A stretch of DNA of 64,000 nucleotides from Gammaproteobacteria bacterium (GCA_027081275.1 JALWKV010000002.1:1071-65070), one strand, 5' to 3'. Positions 19,425 to 31,364 are shown, counted from the stretch's first letter. Notes: generated by a model not told the origin, from the sequence alone. Made by a program: numbers and translations.

Positions 19425-19685
19425 CTACATTGCCTTGATCTGGGCGTTCATGCGACTCTTCTGGCGGGCTGCCTTGTTGGCATGAATCAAGCCCTTGCTG
19501 ACGGACGAGTCGAGCACGGACTGGACTTCACGAAAAGCCGCCGTTGCCATCTCCTTGTCGCCGGATGCAATGGCCGCGCGAGTACGCTTCACATAGGTGC
19601 GCATGCGGGAACGCAGCGCCATGTTGTGGGCACGATGTTTTACAGCTTGACGAGCACGTTTCCGTGCTTGGGCAGAGTTGGCCAA
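19425..19685 (-). CDS. rpsT: 30S ribosomal protein S20
   Basis: [34 protein letters not shown]... Confidence 0.95.
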   Translation of the reverse strand: MANSAQARKRARQAVKHRAHNMALRSRMRTYVKRTRAAIASGDKEMATAAFREVQSVLDSSVSKGLIHANKAARQKSRMNAQIKAM

Positions 19686-19838
19686 CGATTCACTCCTGCA
19701 GTGGTCACCAGAAATAGGAGCGCGAATAGTACGCGCCTGCTGTTGTCAAATCAAGCGGGAAGCGGCTTGATACCAAGGATTTTTCCCGTCTTCGCCGCAT
19801 GTGCGGGGACAGCGCCTGCTCTGTAGCGAGCCGACGGT

Positions 19839-20918
19839 TCATTGGGTGGCCGCATTCAGTGTTTCGGTCAGCGCTGCGGCGGGAAAGTCGGCGGTCACGA
19901 CGGCCTTGCCGATGGCTTGGGGCAGCACCAGCCGGAGCGCGCCGCCCACGACCTTCTTGTCGACCGCCATCAGTTCACGGAAGCGCGCCGACGTCATCCC
20001 CTCCGGTGGCGTCAGTGGCAGCCCGGCGCTGGCGATGAGCGTGCGGATGCGACCGACTTCCTCCTCCTGCACCCAGCCGAGTCGCTGGGCCATTTCGGCC
20101 GCCAGCACCATCCCGGCGGCAACGGCCTCGCCGTGCAGCCAGGTGCCGTAGCCGGTGGCTGTTTCGATGGCGTGGCCGAAGGTGTGACCGAGGTTGAGCA
20201 GGGCGCGTTGCCCCTTCTCCTTTTCGTCCGCCGCCACGATATCGGCCTTGATCTCGCAGGAGCGTCGGATGGCGTAGGCGAGGGCGGGCTTGTCGCGCGC
20301 GATGAGCTTTGTCATGTTGGCTTCGAGCCAGGCGAAGAAGTCGGCGTCGAGAATGATGCCGTACTTGATCACCTCGGCGATGCCGGCGGCGAGCTGCCGG
20401 TCGTCGAGCGTATCGAGCGTGTCGGTGTCGATGATGACGCACTGTGGCTGGTAGAAGGCGCCAATCATGTTCTTGCCCAGCGGATGGTTGACGCCGGTCT
20501 TGCCGCCCACCGACGAATCGACCATTGCCAGCAGCGTGGTGGGCACCTGGATGAAATCGACGCCGCGTTGGTAGCAGGCGGCGGCGAAACCGGTCATGTC
20601 GCCGACAACGCCGCCACCCAGGGCGATCAGCGTCGTGCCGCGATCCATCCGCGTCTCCAGCAGCCCGGTAAAGACCTGCTGCAGCACTTCCAGCGTCTTG
20701 TACCGCTCACCGTCGGGCAGCAGGATTTCGGTGCTTTTCAGGCCGGTGAGGTGCCTGGCCACGCGCTCGGCATAGAGCGGTCCGACGGTGGTATTGCTGA
20801 CCAGCGCGGCCGACTGGCCCGCGATGTGGTCGGTCAGCAGCTCGGGGCGGTCGAGCAGCCCGCTGCCGATGTAGATGGGGTAGCTGCGATCGCCAAGATC
20901 GACATTGAGTGTTTCCAT
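19839..20918 (-). CDS. aroB: 3-dehydroquinate synthase
   Basis: 359 aa; the DHQS family NAD and metal binding regions are present. Confidence 0.9.
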   Translation of the reverse strand: METLNVDLGDRSYPIYIGSGLLDRPELLTDHIAGQSAALVSNTTVGPLYAERVARHLTGLKSTEILLPDGERYKTLEVLQQVFTGLLETRMDRGTTLIALGGGVVGDMTGFAAACYQRGVDFIQVPTTLLAMVDSSVGGKTGVNHPLGKNMIGAFYQPQCVIIDTDTLDTLDDRQLAAGIAEVIKYGIILDADFFAWLEANMTKLIARDKPALAYAIRRSCEIKADIVAADEKEKGQRALLNLGHTFGHAIETATGYGTWLHGEAVAAGMVLAAEMAQRLGWVQEEEVGRIRTLIASAGLPLTPPEGMTSARFRELMAVDKKVVGGALRLVLPQAIGKAVVTADFPAAALTETLNAATQ

Positions 20919-20927
20919 GGGGACGGG

Positions 20928-21455
20928 TTATTCCTGTTCTGCCGTGGTTGCCGCGTTGTAGGCGGCGACAATCTTGTTTTTCAGCGTTCGCGTCCGGCTG
21001 TGGTTGGTGTTGATGCTGAAATGGGCCGTCTCCTCATAGAGCGGCTTGCGAATCTCCGCCAGCCGGGTCAGCGTTGCGGCCGGATCGGGCGTCTGCAGCA
21101 GGGGCCTCGAGCGATCGCGCATCGTGCGCTCCAGCTGCTGACGGATCGAGACCTTCAGGTAGACGACGAAGCCGCGCTCGTGCAGCCAGCGCCGGTTCTC
21201 GGGGCGCAGAATCGCGCCGCCGCCGGTGGCGAGGACGATGCGGTCGCGCTGGGTCAGCTCGTCGATGATGCGGCTTTCGCGCTCGCGGAATCCTTCCTCC
21301 CCCTCGATATCGAAGATCGTCGGAATGGTCACGCCGGTGCGCGCCTCGATGACGCGGTCGCTGTCGACGAAGTCGTAGCCGAGATCCTGGGCAATGAGCC
21401 TTCCGAGCGTGGTTTTTCCGGCTCCCATCGGGCCGATCAGGAAGAGGCGCTGCAT
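20928..21455 (-). CDS. aroK: shikimate kinase
   Basis: [32 protein letters not shown]; the start is ambiguous among several in-frame Met residues. Confidence 0.9.
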   Translation of the reverse strand: MQRLFLIGPMGAGKTTLGRLIAQDLGYDFVDSDRVIEARTGVTIPTIFDIEGEEGFRERESRIIDELTQRDRIVLATGGGAILRPENRRWLHERGFVVYLKVSIRQQLERTMRDRSRPLLQTPDPAATLTRLAEIRKPLYEETAHFSINTNHSRTRTLKNKIVAAYNAATTAEQE

Positions 21456-21565
21456 ACGCATAGGTGTTGTGACAATGCCATACATGATACCCCAATAGCC
21501 GCGGCCGGCGCATGAACGAAAAGGCCCGCTTGTGGCGGGCCTTTTCGTATGGCGGGATTGCCCCG

Positions 21566-23665
21566 CTATTGCAGCGTCAGGTCCTCGTTGATGATCTTCG
21601 GCGTGACGAAGATCAGCAGTTCCGACTTGTCGTGGGTGTTGCTGTTGCTACGGAACAGGCGACCGATGACGGGCAGGTCGCCGAAGAACGGCACGCGCGT
21701 TTCGGAGTTCGTCTTGTTCTCCTCGAAGATGCCGCCGAGGACGATGGTCTGGCCGTTTTCGACCAGCACCTGGGTCTGCACCTCGCGCGTGTCGATGCTC
21801 GGGATGTTGTTGAAGACATCGCCGACGCTGTCGCGGTTCACCACCAGCTCGAGATTGATGCGGTCGTCGAGCGTGATGTGGGGCGTGACCTCCATGCTCA
21901 GCACCGCCTTCTTGAACGAGGTGTTGGTGGCGCCGCTGGAGGTGGCTTCCTGGTAGGGAATCTCCACGCCCTGCTCGATGCGCGCCTTGGTCTTGTTCGA
22001 GGTGATGATGCGCGGGCTGGCGACGACCTCGGCGCGACGCTCGGCGACAGCGGCGGAGAGCTCGAGATCGAGCTTCGCGCCCAGCGGAATCTTCGCCAGC
22101 GCAAGGCCGAGCGTGCCGGCGGTGCCGCCCACCGGGGTGTTGACCTGGAATCCGGTCGTCAGGTTCTGGTCGGTCGTATTGTTGGTATTGGATACGCCGA
22201 AGGTCACGCCCAGCTCACGGGTGAACTTGTCATTGGCGGTAACGATCCGGCTTTCGATCATCACCTGCCGCACCGGCACGTCGAGCGTCTTGATCAGGGC
22301 GCGGATCTCGTCGAGCTTGTCGGCGGTGTCCTGGATCAGCAGGCTGTTGGTGCGACGGTCGAGGGTGATGCTGCCGCGGTCCGACAGAACGGTGTTGGCG
22401 CTGCCACGACTGCCACCGTTCGACTTCAGCAGCTTGACCATCTCCTTGGCGTCGGCGTAGTTCAGCGGGATGATCTCGGTGCGCAGCGGCGCCAGTTCGG
22501 CCACCTGCTTCGACGCCATCAGCTCCTGCTGCTCACGCTCGGCGATCTCCTTGGCCGGCGCGATATAGAGCACGTTGCCCTGGCGGCGCTTGGCCAGCCC
22601 CTTGGTCTTCATGATGATGTCGAGCGCCTGATCCCAGGGGACGTTCTTCAGGCGCAGCGTCAGATTGCCGGTCACGCTGTCGGAGACGACGACATTGAGG
22701 CCGGTAAAGTCGGCGATCAGCTGCAGCACGGAGCGCACCTCGATGTCCTGAAAGTTCAGCGACAGGCGCTCCCCCTTGTAGCTGATCTCCTGCTTCTTTC
22801 TGGCTTTTTTCGCGCCCTTGATCGGACGAACCTCGACCGTGTAGACGTCGTCCGACTGGTAGGCAAGCTGCGAAAAGTTGCCCTTGGCCTTGATGACGAT
22901 CTCGGTATTGCGGCCGACCGAGCGCGCGTCGATGGACTCCACCGGCGTGGCGAAGTCGAGTACGTCCATGTGGCGCTCGAGATTTTTCGGCAAGGTTGCG
23001 TTCTTCAGTTCGACAACGATGCGCGAGCCCTGCTGCTTGATGTTCAGCGGCGTGCTGGGGTCGCGCAGCTTGATCAGTACGCGGCCGGCGCCGTCGGGGC
23101 CGCGGCGGAAGTCGATGCCGGTGACGCCGAACAGCGGCTTGGGCCGGGATCGCGCGGCGGGTTTGGGTGGTGCGGCCTGCATGGCCGTTGCCGGCGCGGC
23201 GGGGGCCGCCGGCGGCTCGATGGTGAAGCTCGGCTGCGCGGCGGCCGGCGAGAGCGACACGATGAGCTTGTTGCCTTCGCTCCGGGTCTGATACTTCACC
23301 ATGCGTGACAGGTTGATGACCATGCGGGTGCGGTCACGGGCCTGGGCGGTGGTGATGCTCTGGGCGGCGCCGATCTGAACCGGCAGCGAGCGCCGGCGCA
23401 GGTTGTTGCGCGTATTGGGAAAATCCAGCGTGATGCGCGCGGGATTGGCGATGGTGAAGCTCAGCGGCTCGGGGGCGGGGCCGGAAAAATCCATGACGAT
23501 GTCGAGCGCGTCGCCCGACTGCCGATTGATACGGATATCCTCCAGCGATGTGGTCTCCGCCACGGCTGACGCCAGCGGAAGGATCGTCAGCAACAACAGG
23601 GCGAATGTCGCCATCCATGCCCGGACCCTCCCATCTGTTCGTATGATTTCGCGCATATCCATCAT
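21566..23665 (-). CDS. pilQ: type IV pilus secretin PilQ
   Basis: It has AMIN/N domains and a C-terminal secretin domain, and is the last gene of pilMNOPQ; the start is uncertain. Confidence 0.9.
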   Translation of the reverse strand: MMDMREIIRTDGRVRAWMATFALLLLTILPLASAVAETTSLEDIRINRQSGDALDIVMDFSGPAPEPLSFTIANPARITLDFPNTRNNLRRRSLPVQIGAAQSITTAQARDRTRMVINLSRMVKYQTRSEGNKLIVSLSPAAAQPSFTIEPPAAPAAPATAMQAAPPKPAARSRPKPLFGVTGIDFRRGPDGAGRVLIKLRDPSTPLNIKQQGSRIVVELKNATLPKNLERHMDVLDFATPVESIDARSVGRNTEIVIKAKGNFSQLAYQSDDVYTVEVRPIKGAKKARKKQEISYKGERLSLNFQDIEVRSVLQLIADFTGLNVVVSDSVTGNLTLRLKNVPWDQALDIIMKTKGLAKRRQGNVLYIAPAKEIAEREQQELMASKQVAELAPLRTEIIPLNYADAKEMVKLLKSNGGSRGSANTVLSDRGSITLDRRTNSLLIQDTADKLDEIRALIKTLDVPVRQVMIESRIVTANDKFTRELGVTFGVSNTNNTTDQNLTTGFQVNTPVGGTAGTLGLALAKIPLGAKLDLELSAAVAERRAEVVASPRIITSNKTKARIEQGVEIPYQEATSSGATNTSFKKAVLSMEVTPHITLDDRINLELVVNRDSVGDVFNNIPSIDTREVQTQVLVENGQTIVLGGIFEENKTNSETRVPFFGDLPVIGRLFRSNSNTHDKSELLIFVTPKIINEDLTLQ

Positions 23666-23704
23666 ATATACCTGTTTTTCCCTGATTTTAGTACTCTGTC
23701 CGGC

Positions 23705-24238
23705 CTATTGATTGCTGAGTGCAATCGCGGCCGGGCGCTCCTTGTAACCACCAAAGCCGTCCGGCACGATCTCGGTCAGTTCGACCTTCATATCCGTGAT
23801 CTTGGTGATCCTCCCGTAGTTCTGTCCCGCATAGTTGCCCACGCGCACGCGCTGGATGGTCCCGTCCGGCGTTTTCAGCAGCGCCCACAGCGAGCCCTGC
23901 TGCTTCAGTGTGCCGACCATCCTGAGCGAGTCGAGCGGAAAGCTTTCCAGGTATTCCTTAGGCCGGTTCCGGTCGATCTGGATGCCCGATGTCGATTTGG
24001 GGATCGGCATCAGATCGGGCGCCACGATACTGCTGTCGAACGGATCGCGCAGATGTTCGGGATAGACGAACGGATCGTAGGGCGGAATCACCGGGATCGG
24101 CGGTATGGCGCCAGCCGGTTGCGACTTGACCTCCTCGATGTAGTCGCGCAGATCCTGATTGTCCTGTTCGCAGCCGCCCAGGCCCGCCAGCAGCGCCAGC
24201 ATCACCATTGCGCGTCCTGTCATGCTATATGCCGCCAT
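23705..24238 (-). CDS. pilP: type IV pilus lipoprotein PilP
   Basis: It has a lipobox (LAGLGGC) and is in the canonical operon position. Confidence 0.8.
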   Translation of the reverse strand: MAAYSMTGRAMVMLALLAGLGGCEQDNQDLRDYIEEVKSQPAGAIPPIPVIPPYDPFVYPEHLRDPFDSSIVAPDLMPIPKSTSGIQIDRNRPKEYLESFPLDSLRMVGTLKQQGSLWALLKTPDGTIQRVRVGNYAGQNYGRITKITDMKVELTEIVPDGFGGYKERPAAIALSNQ

Positions 24239-24873
24239 CAGTGCTTCCTTTTCCGCTTGCCCTTTTTCTTCTTCGTCTTCTGCTCACCGTCGGCGAGGTG
24301 GCGGTAGGTCTTGGCCGTCACCTCCATGATGAGCGCTTCCGAATCCTTTTCGGGCTTGATCGAGATGTCGTCCAGCGTGGCGATGCGCGGCAGGCTGGCG
24401 ATGCCACTGGCGAAGCGTCCCATCTGGTCGTACTTGCCGCGCAGCTTGATCTTGATCGGCTTCTCGGCGTAGAAGCCCATGTCCACCTCGGGCTGGGGCT
24501 TGAACAGCAGGATCTGCAGGCCGCTGGAAAGGCCGGTCTGCGACACGTCGAGAATGACGGCCGGGATCTCGGTCTTGTCCGGCAGCTGCTGCAGCATGGC
24601 GCCGAACTCGTGCTCCATCTCCGCCAGCTGTTCGCGATAGGCCTCGAGGTTCGCGGCCAGGTGGTGCTTCTTCTCGAACTGCTTGCGCAGGTCCTGCTCC
24701 TTGTCCTTCAGGCTTTGCAGCGACTCCAGCTGGCTGCTGGTGTCGAGGTAGTAGCCCAGCGCGATCACCGCGGCGAAGGCGAGCGCGAAGAAGATGGCGC
24801 GGATCGCCAGCGGCGCCGAGCCGAGCTTGCCGAGGTCGCTGACGTCGAAATTCTTGAGTTCTTCAAGATCCAT
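24238..24873 (-). CDS. pilO: type IV pilus assembly protein PilO
   Basis: It is a single transmembrane segment plus coiled-coil protein in the operon position. Confidence 0.85.
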   Translation of the reverse strand: MDLEELKNFDVSDLGKLGSAPLAIRAIFFALAFAAVIALGYYLDTSSQLESLQSLKDKEQDLRKQFEKKHHLAANLEAYREQLAEMEHEFGAMLQQLPDKTEIPAVILDVSQTGLSSGLQILLFKPQPEVDMGFYAEKPIKIKLRGKYDQMGRFASGIASLPRIATLDDISIKPEKDSEALIMEVTAKTYRHLADGEQKTKKKKGKRKRKH

Positions 24874-25456
24874 TGCGCTTCTCCTTGCCGCTGGCGATCG
24901 TATCCGGCATCTCCTTGTCGACCTTCAGCACGAAGGAGCGCAATACTGGGCCGCCGCCTTCCTTCTCCTTCTTGACCGTCTCGATGACCTCCAGCCGCGG
25001 GTCCTTCAGCCACGGCGAGTTCTCCAGGTTGCTCATGTAGGTCGAGACGCGGGCGTCCGATTCGGCCTTGCCGCGAATCTCCAGCGTGTCTCCCTTCTGC
25101 TCGATCTGTGTCAGGTAGAGTCCGCCCGGTAGCGTCGTCACCAGCTCGTCGAACAGATGGACCGCCACCGGTCGGCTGCGCTGCAGTTTTTGGATGATGT
25201 CCATGCGGTCCAGCAGCGCCTGCTTGGTTTTCTCCAGCTCCTTGATATCGCGGATGCGCTTGTCGAGTACCTTGAATTCCTGCCGCAGCATGTTGTTGCG
25301 GCTTTCCTGGTTTTCGGCCATGCGTCCGATCACCATATGGGCGGCGACGACGACCAGCACGCCGGCCAGCGCGGCGAGGCCAAGCCCCTGGAGGAATTGC
25401 TTCTGCTGTTCCTGACGCCGTTTTTCGCGCCACGGCAATAGATTGATACGTGCCAT
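24863..25456 (-). CDS. pilN: type IV pilus assembly protein PilN
   Basis: MARINLLPWREKRRQ... is the PilN N-terminus. Confidence 0.85.
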   Translation of the reverse strand: MARINLLPWREKRRQEQQKQFLQGLGLAALAGVLVVVAAHMVIGRMAENQESRNNMLRQEFKVLDKRIRDIKELEKTKQALLDRMDIIQKLQRSRPVAVHLFDELVTTLPGGLYLTQIEQKGDTLEIRGKAESDARVSTYMSNLENSPWLKDPRLEVIETVKKEKEGGGPVLRSFVLKVDKEMPDTIASGKEKRNGS

Positions 25457-26523
25457 CAGTCGAAGTTCCTCAAAGCCAGGCCCACGGCAATCATCAGTGC
25501 CGGAGCATCATTGCCGAGCCGTTGCTGGTTGATCTTGGGATTGAAGCTCATCCGGCTGAAGGGGTTGGCGATGGTTGTGCGGGTATGGGTGTGCCGCTCG
25601 ATCAGTTCGTCCAGCCCCGGCAGCCCGGCGGTGCCGCCGGCGAGGATGATTTCGTTGACCATGTTGTGGTTGCTGTTGGCAAAGAAGAACTGCAACAGAC
25701 GATTGGCCTCTTGGGCAAGCGTCTTCTTGAACGGCGTAAGGATTTCGGTGACATAGTTGTCGGGCAGGCCGCCTTCCTTTTTGGCCAGCCCGGCCTCGGC
25801 GTAGGAGAGGCCGTAGCGACGCATGATCTCCTCGGTGAGCTGGCGTCCGCCGAAGGGTTTTTCGCGCGAATAGAGCACTTGTTCGTTCTCCGTCACGGTG
25901 ATGCTCGTCATCGTTGCGCCGACATCGACGATCGCGACGACATTGCTGTCGGGCGGCGCGTCGTGCGGGATATAGGGTTCGATCAGTTGATAGGCGTTGG
26001 CGGTGGCGAAGGACTCGACGTCCATCACCACCGGTTCGAGTCCCGCGGCCTCGGCGATGGCGGCGCGCGATTCGACGATCTCGCTGCGCGAGACGACCAG
26101 CAGCACGTCGATCTTGTCGGGCTGGTTCTCGTTCGTGCCCAGCACCTCGAAATCGAGATTGACCTCGTCCAGCGGGTAGGGGACGTACTGGTCGGCCTCA
26201 AGCTGGATTTGCCCCTCGAGCTCCTCCTCGTTGAGGTCGCCGGGCATGGTGATGACCTTGGTGACGGCGGCCGAAGTCGGCACGGCCAGAGCGCAGCGCT
26301 TGGCCTTGGTGCCGGCGCGGCTGAGCGCCTTGTTGAGGGAGCTGGTGACGGCCGACGTGTCGGAAATGTTCTTTTCGACGACCGCGTTGACAGGCAGGGG
26401 CTCCACCCCGTAACTTTCCACCCTGATGCCATTGCCGGACCGGCGCAGCTCGATAAGCTTCACCGAGGTCGAGCTGATATCAATCCCGACGAGTGGTTGA
26501 TTTTTCCTTCCGAGTGAAAACAC
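25456..26523 (-). CDS. pilM: type IV pilus assembly ATPase-like protein PilM
   Basis: It has the actin-like fold of PilM (MFSLGRKNQPLVGIDISSTSVKLIEL). Confidence 0.9.
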   Translation of the reverse strand: MFSLGRKNQPLVGIDISSTSVKLIELRRSGNGIRVESYGVEPLPVNAVVEKNISDTSAVTSSLNKALSRAGTKAKRCALAVPTSAAVTKVITMPGDLNEEELEGQIQLEADQYVPYPLDEVNLDFEVLGTNENQPDKIDVLLVVSRSEIVESRAAIAEAAGLEPVVMDVESFATANAYQLIEPYIPHDAPPDSNVVAIVDVGATMTSITVTENEQVLYSREKPFGGRQLTEEIMRRYGLSYAEAGLAKKEGGLPDNYVTEILTPFKKTLAQEANRLLQFFFANSNHNMVNEIILAGGTAGLPGLDELIERHTHTRTTIANPFSRMSFNPKINQQRLGNDAPALMIAVGLALRNFD

Positions 26524-26755
26524 AAAAAAACCTCAATCCCTAAGAAGCTTAGCATGCGAACATGCTTTTCCATGTTAAATGTTAGTTGCAACCTGATAGA
26601 ATTGCTACAAATTTTGTGGTTGCGGCACTCGAGATAGTTATTGGTCTCGGCACTGGAGCGGCTGCCGGGATGGACGCACACTAATCCCTGTGTTCACGAA
26701 CGATTGTGCAAGTAAACGGGCTTTGCCGCATTAAATCATTGAACCAATTCAGGTT

Positions 26756-29161
26756 ATGGAAGTAATCAAAACCGTTTTCCGCTGGATGTTGACGGCGGTC
26801 GCAGGGATGGCGCTGTTCGCGTTGGTGGTAACGCTGGGAGTCGTGCTCTATGTCTCCCCCGGACTCCCTTCAATCGACGAGCTCAAGACACTGCAATACA
26901 AGGTGCCGCTGCGCGTCTACTCCAGCGAGGGATCGCTGCTGGCCGAATTCGGCGAGAAACGGCGCGACCCGCTGCCACTGGAGCAGATTCCCGAGGCGCT
27001 GAAGGCGGCCGTCGTGGCGGCGGAGGACGACCGATTCTACGAGCATCCGGGCGTCGACTACCAGGGCATTCTGCGCGCCGCGCTGAAGCTGGCGCAGACC
27101 GGGGAGGCAATGCAGGGCGGCAGCACCATCACCATGCAGGTGGCGCGCAACTTCTTTCTCAATCGCGAGCGCACCTTCTCCCGCAAGCTGCGCGAAGTGC
27201 TGCTGGCGCTGAAGATCGAGAAGAACCTCTCCAAGGAGCAGATTCTCGCGCTCTATCTCAACCAGAACTACATGGGCAATCGCGCCTATGGCGTCAGCGC
27301 CGCCGCGCAGACCTACTACGGCAAGCCGCTGACCGAGCTGACCCTGCCGCAACTGGCGATGCTGGCGGGGCTCTACAAGGCGCCCTCCAAGTACAACCCG
27401 CTCGCCAATCCGGATCGCGCCCGCGAACGTCGCAACTACGTGTTGCGGCGGATGGTGGAGATCGGTTATCTCGAGCCGGACGAGGCCGGCGAGGCACAGC
27501 AGGCGGCGCTGACCGCGGCGCTCCACTCGCCGCGCCCGGCGGTCGAGGCCAACTATGTCGCCGAAATGGTGCGCGCCAAGCTCTACGAACAGTATGGCGA
27601 CGAGATCTACGCTTCCGGCTTCCGCGTCTACACCACTGTTCGTGACGAACTTCAGAAGGCGGCGGTAAGCGCGCTCCGCAACCGCCTGATCGAATACGAC
27701 ATGCGGCACGGCTATCGCGGTCCGGAGCGACACTACGACATCGCCGATACCGGCAATGACCGTCTCGACGAACTGCTCGACAACCATCCCGTCTATGGCG
27801 GGCTGAAGCCGGCCATCGTGCTGTCGGCGGACCGGAGCGCGGCGTCGATCTACCTCGGACATGGCGAGAGCGCGGTGTTGACGCTCGATGCGGTGCGCTG
27901 GGCGCGGCGCTACATCGACGAGGACAAGCGCGGCAAGCCGGTCAAGCGTGTCGATGAGGTGCTCCATGCCGGCGATCTGATCCGCGTGGTCGAGGGCGAG
28001 AAGGGCTACGAACTGCGGCAGCTGCCGAAAGTGGAGGGGGCGCTGGTATCCATCTCGCCGAAGGATGGCGCGATTCTCGCGCTTGCGGGCGGCTTCGACT
28101 ATTTCCGCAGCCGCTTCAACCGCGCGGCGCAGGCGGTGCGCCAGCCCGGATCCAACTTCAAGCCCTTCGTCTATTCGGCGGCGCTGGCGCGGGGGCTGAC
28201 GCCGGCGACGGTGTTCAACGATGCGCCGATCGTGCACGAGACGGAGATCGCCGGCGAGTCGGCGCTGTGGCGACCGGAGAACTACTCCGGCCGCTTCTAC
28301 GGTCCCACCCGCATGCGTGTCGCCTTGGCCAAGTCGCGCAATCTCGTGTCGATCCGTCTGCTGCGCAAGATCGGCGTCAGGCATGCGCTGCGTCATATTC
28401 GCAAGTTCGGCATGACCGAGCGGCCGATGCCGGCAGATCTGTCGCTGGCGCTCGGTACCGGCGCGCTGACGCCGCTGGAGCTGGTCAGCGGCTACGCCGT
28501 TTTCGCCAATCAGGGGTTTCGGGTCGAGCCCTACCTCATTCGCCGCATCGAGGATCGCAACGGCAAGGTGATCTACCGGCATGTGCCGCAGGTGGCCTGC
28601 GAAAAGAATGACTGCGACAAGCTGGTTGCCGAACCGGATGGCGAGGGGGCATCCGAAGAGAAGCGCGTCGGCGTGCCCGCCAGGCGGGTGCTCGATCGGG
28701 AAATCGCCTATCAGATGGTCAACATGATGCGGGATGTCATCACCATCGGCACCGGCCATGCGGCGCGCAAGCTCAAGCGCAAGGATCTCGCCGGCAAGAC
28801 GGGCACCACCAACGACCAGAAGGATGCCTGGTTCAGCGGCTTCAATCATGACCTTGTCACGACCGTCTGGATCGGCTTCGACCAGCTGCGGCCGCTGGGC
28901 CGCAGGGAGACCGGGGGGCATTTGGCGCTGCCGGTCTGGATGGATTACATGAAGGTGGCGCTGAAAGCGTCGCCCTATCGCCGCTGGGTCAAGCCGCCCG
29001 GCATGGTGACCGTCAAGATCGATGCCGAGACCGGCAAGAAGGCGGGGTCTGGCACCCGCAAGTTCGCTTTCGAGACCTTCCGGGCGGGCAACGTACCCGA
29101 GGAGGATACGACCAGCTTCGCCACGCCGGGCGGCATGGACATTCCCGAGCAGCTGTTCTGA
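26756..29161 (+). CDS. mrcA: penicillin-binding protein 1A (bifunctional transglycosylase/transpeptidase)
   Basis: It has a GT51 domain (EDDRFYEHPGVD...) plus a transpeptidase domain (SxxK SNFKP, KTGTTND). It is divergent from pilM as in Pseudomonas. Confidence 0.9.
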   Translation: MEVIKTVFRWMLTAVAGMALFALVVTLGVVLYVSPGLPSIDELKTLQYKVPLRVYSSEGSLLAEFGEKRRDPLPLEQIPEALKAAVVAAEDDRFYEHPGVDYQGILRAALKLAQTGEAMQGGSTITMQVARNFFLNRERTFSRKLREVLLALKIEKNLSKEQILALYLNQNYMGNRAYGVSAAAQTYYGKPLTELTLPQLAMLAGLYKAPSKYNPLANPDRARERRNYVLRRMVEIGYLEPDEAGEAQQAALTAALHSPRPAVEANYVAEMVRAKLYEQYGDEIYASGFRVYTTVRDELQKAAVSALRNRLIEYDMRHGYRGPERHYDIADTGNDRLDELLDNHPVYGGLKPAIVLSADRSAASIYLGHGESAVLTLDAVRWARRYIDEDKRGKPVKRVDEVLHAGDLIRVVEGEKGYELRQLPKVEGALVSISPKDGAILALAGGFDYFRSRFNRAAQAVRQPGSNFKPFVYSAALARGLTPATVFNDAPIVHETEIAGESALWRPENYSGRFYGPTRMRVALAKSRNLVSIRLLRKIGVRHALRHIRKFGMTERPMPADLSLALGTGALTPLELVSGYAVFANQGFRVEPYLIRRIEDRNGKVIYRHVPQVACEKNDCDKLVAEPDGEGASEEKRVGVPARRVLDREIAYQMVNMMRDVITIGTGHAARKLKRKDLAGKTGTTNDQKDAWFSGFNHDLVTTVWIGFDQLRPLGRRETGGHLALPVWMDYMKVALKASPYRRWVKPPGMVTVKIDAETGKKAGSGTRKFAFETFRAGNVPEEDTTSFATPGGMDIPEQLF

Positions 29162-29163
29162 CG

Positions 29164-29745
29164 ATGATCGACCCGCTACGCCGACAGATTGCCGAAGAGG
29201 CGGCGCTGATCGTCTGGGACGAGGGCGTGGCCGACTACAACCAGGCGCGCGCCAAGGCCTGTGAGCGGTTGGGCGTCAGCGGCACGCGGCAGATGCCGCG
29301 CAATACCGAGGTCGAGGCAGCGCTGCTGGATTGGCTGGCGCTGTTCGCCACCGATGAGGATCGGGAAAGGCTTGCGTTCCTGCGCGAGACGGCGCTGGGG
29401 GTGATGCGGTGTCTTGCCGAGTTCGAACCGCGTCTCGTCGGCAGCGTGCTGAAGGGGACGGCCGGACGCTACTCCAACATCCAGTTGCATCTGTTCAGTG
29501 ATGATGTCGAGGCGGTTGCCATCTTTCTGTTGAATCGGCGCATGCGCTATCGGGCGATTACGCGGCGGCAGGCGGGGGGGCGGCGTGAGGGCGTGCCCGG
29601 CTTTGCCTTCGACTGGGATGATGTGCCGGTAGAGGCGCTGGTGTTTCCCGTCGACGGGCTGCGGGCGGCGCCGCCGAGTCCGATCGACGGCAAGCCCGTC
29701 AGACGGGCGTCGATCGCCAAGGTGGAGAAACTGCTCGAAGGCTGA
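29164..29745 (+). CDS. hypothetical protein, translationally coupled to mrcA (3-bp gap)
   Basis: 193 aa with coherent codon usage. No family was recognised. Confidence 0.5.
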   Translation: MIDPLRRQIAEEAALIVWDEGVADYNQARAKACERLGVSGTRQMPRNTEVEAALLDWLALFATDEDRERLAFLRETALGVMRCLAEFEPRLVGSVLKGTAGRYSNIQLHLFSDDVEAVAIFLLNRRMRYRAITRRQAGGRREGVPGFAFDWDDVPVEALVFPVDGLRAAPPSPIDGKPVRRASIAKVEKLLEG

Positions 29746-29768
29746 GTCCGACGACCCGTCGCGTCGGT

Positions 29769-30833
29769 TTAGCTGTGGTAGGGCTTGCTGAATTCATGCA
29801 CCGAGTCCACCAGCACCTTGACGTTTTCGGGGTCGATGTGCTGATGGACGCCGTGTCCGAGGTTGAAGACGTGGCCCACATGGGCGCCGAATGACGCCAG
29901 AATCCGCTTCACCTCTTCCTCGATCTTCTCCGGCGAGCCGTAGAGCACGCCCGGATCCATATTGCCCTGCAGCGCCAGCCGGTCGCCGACGCGCTCGCGG
30001 GCATTGCCGATCTCGATGGTCCAGTCCAGTCCCACGGCGTCACAGCCGGTTCGCGCCTGCAGCTCCAGCCACTGGCCACCGCCCTTGGTGAACATGATCG
30101 CCGGAATGCGCTGCCCGTCCTGCTCGCGGATCAGCTGCGAGATGATCTGCTGCATGTAGTAGAGGGAGAACGCCTTGTAGGCCTCGGTCGTCAGCGCACC
30201 ACCCCAGGTATCGAAAATCATCACCGCCTGTGCGCCGGCCATGATCTGCGCATTGAGGTAGCTGGCGACCGAGTCGGCCAGCACTTGCAGGATCTGATGC
30301 AGCAGCTTCGGCTCGGTGTAGAGCATGCCCTTGGTGTTGGAGAACTCCTTGCTGCTGCCGCCCTCGATCATGTAGGTGGCCAGCGTCCACGGGCTGCCGG
30401 AGAAGCCGATGAGCGGCACAGCGCCGTCGAGTTCGCGGTGAATGGTTCTGACGGCGTCCATGACGTAGCGCAGCTCGTCTTCCGGGTCGGGAACGGCCAG
30501 CGCATCGACATCGGCGGCGGTGCGGATGGGGCGTTCGAACCGAGGACCTTCGCCCTCGGTGAAGTAGAGGCCGAGGCCCATCGCGTCGGGAATGGTGAGG
30601 ATGTCGGAAAAGAGAATGGCCGCGTCGAGGTCATAACGACGCAGTGGCTGCATCGTCACTTCGCAGGCGAGTTCCGGGTTGCGGCACAGATCCATGAAGC
30701 TCCCTGCCTGGGCTCGCGTGGCCTTGTATTCCGGGAGATAGCGCCCGGCCTGGCGCATGATCCAGATCGGGGTCTGGTCGACGGGTTCGCGCAGCAGGGC
30801 GCGAATGAAACGGTCGTTCTTGAGTTCGCTCAT
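29769..30833 (-). CDS. hemE: uroporphyrinogen decarboxylase
   Basis: [36 protein letters not shown]... Confidence 0.95.
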   Translation of the reverse strand: MSELKNDRFIRALLREPVDQTPIWIMRQAGRYLPEYKATRAQAGSFMDLCRNPELACEVTMQPLRRYDLDAAILFSDILTIPDAMGLGLYFTEGEGPRFERPIRTAADVDALAVPDPEDELRYVMDAVRTIHRELDGAVPLIGFSGSPWTLATYMIEGGSSKEFSNTKGMLYTEPKLLHQILQVLADSVASYLNAQIMAGAQAVMIFDTWGGALTTEAYKAFSLYYMQQIISQLIREQDGQRIPAIMFTKGGGQWLELQARTGCDAVGLDWTIEIGNARERVGDRLALQGNMDPGVLYGSPEKIEEEVKRILASFGAHVGHVFNLGHGVHQHIDPENVKVLVDSVHEFSKPYHS

Positions 30834-30902
30834 GGATCGATGAATCCCAAAATGGTGGCCGGCAGGCGCCGGAATCGAGACGGCGGGGTGAAGGGGTAAG
30901 GC

Positions 30903-31364
30903 TCAGCCGCCAAGGCGCTGTTTGATGCGTGCGCTGACCGCGCCCATGTCGGCGCGTCCTTGCAGCCTGGGCTTGAGCGCGCCCATGACCTTGCCCATGT
31001 CCCGCAGCGAGCTGGCGCCGGTATCGGCGAGCGTCGCCTCAATCAGCGTATCGATCTCCTCGTCGCTCAGCGGTTCGGGCAGGTATGTCTGGATGATGTC
31101 GATTTCGGCCTGTTCCTTTGCCGCGAGTTCGTCGCGACCGGCCTTTTCATACTGGGTGATGGATTCGCGCCGCTGCTTCACCATCTTGTCGAGAATTGCC
31201 AGAATCGCGGTGTCATCGGGCACCTGGCGGGTATCGACCTCGACCTGCTTGATGGCGGCCAGAATGAGGCGAATGGTGCCGAGACGCTCCTTTTCGCCGG
31301 CGCGCATCGCGGACTTCATGTCTTCCGTGATGCGTTCCCTGATGGTGGATTCGGCGGCGCTCAT
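30903..31364 (-). CDS. GatB/YqeY domain protein
   Basis: MSAAESTIRERITEDMKSAMRAGEKERLGTIRLILAAIKQ... The ORF-track entry (to 31595) runs through rpsU in another frame, so it is trimmed to the internal Met. Confidence 0.8.
   Translation of the reverse strand: MSAAESTIRERITEDMKSAMRAGEKERLGTIRLILAAIKQVEVDTRQVPDDTAILAILDKMVKQRRESITQYEKAGRDELAAKEQAEIDIIQTYLPEPLSDEEIDTLIEATLADTGASSLRDMGKVMGALKPRLQGRADMGAVSARIKQRLGG

Noticed and set aside
21512-23308. 598-aa plus-strand ORF
   Set aside because: It is antisense to pilQ.
26870-28921. 683-aa minus-strand ORF
   Set aside because: It is antisense to PBP1A.
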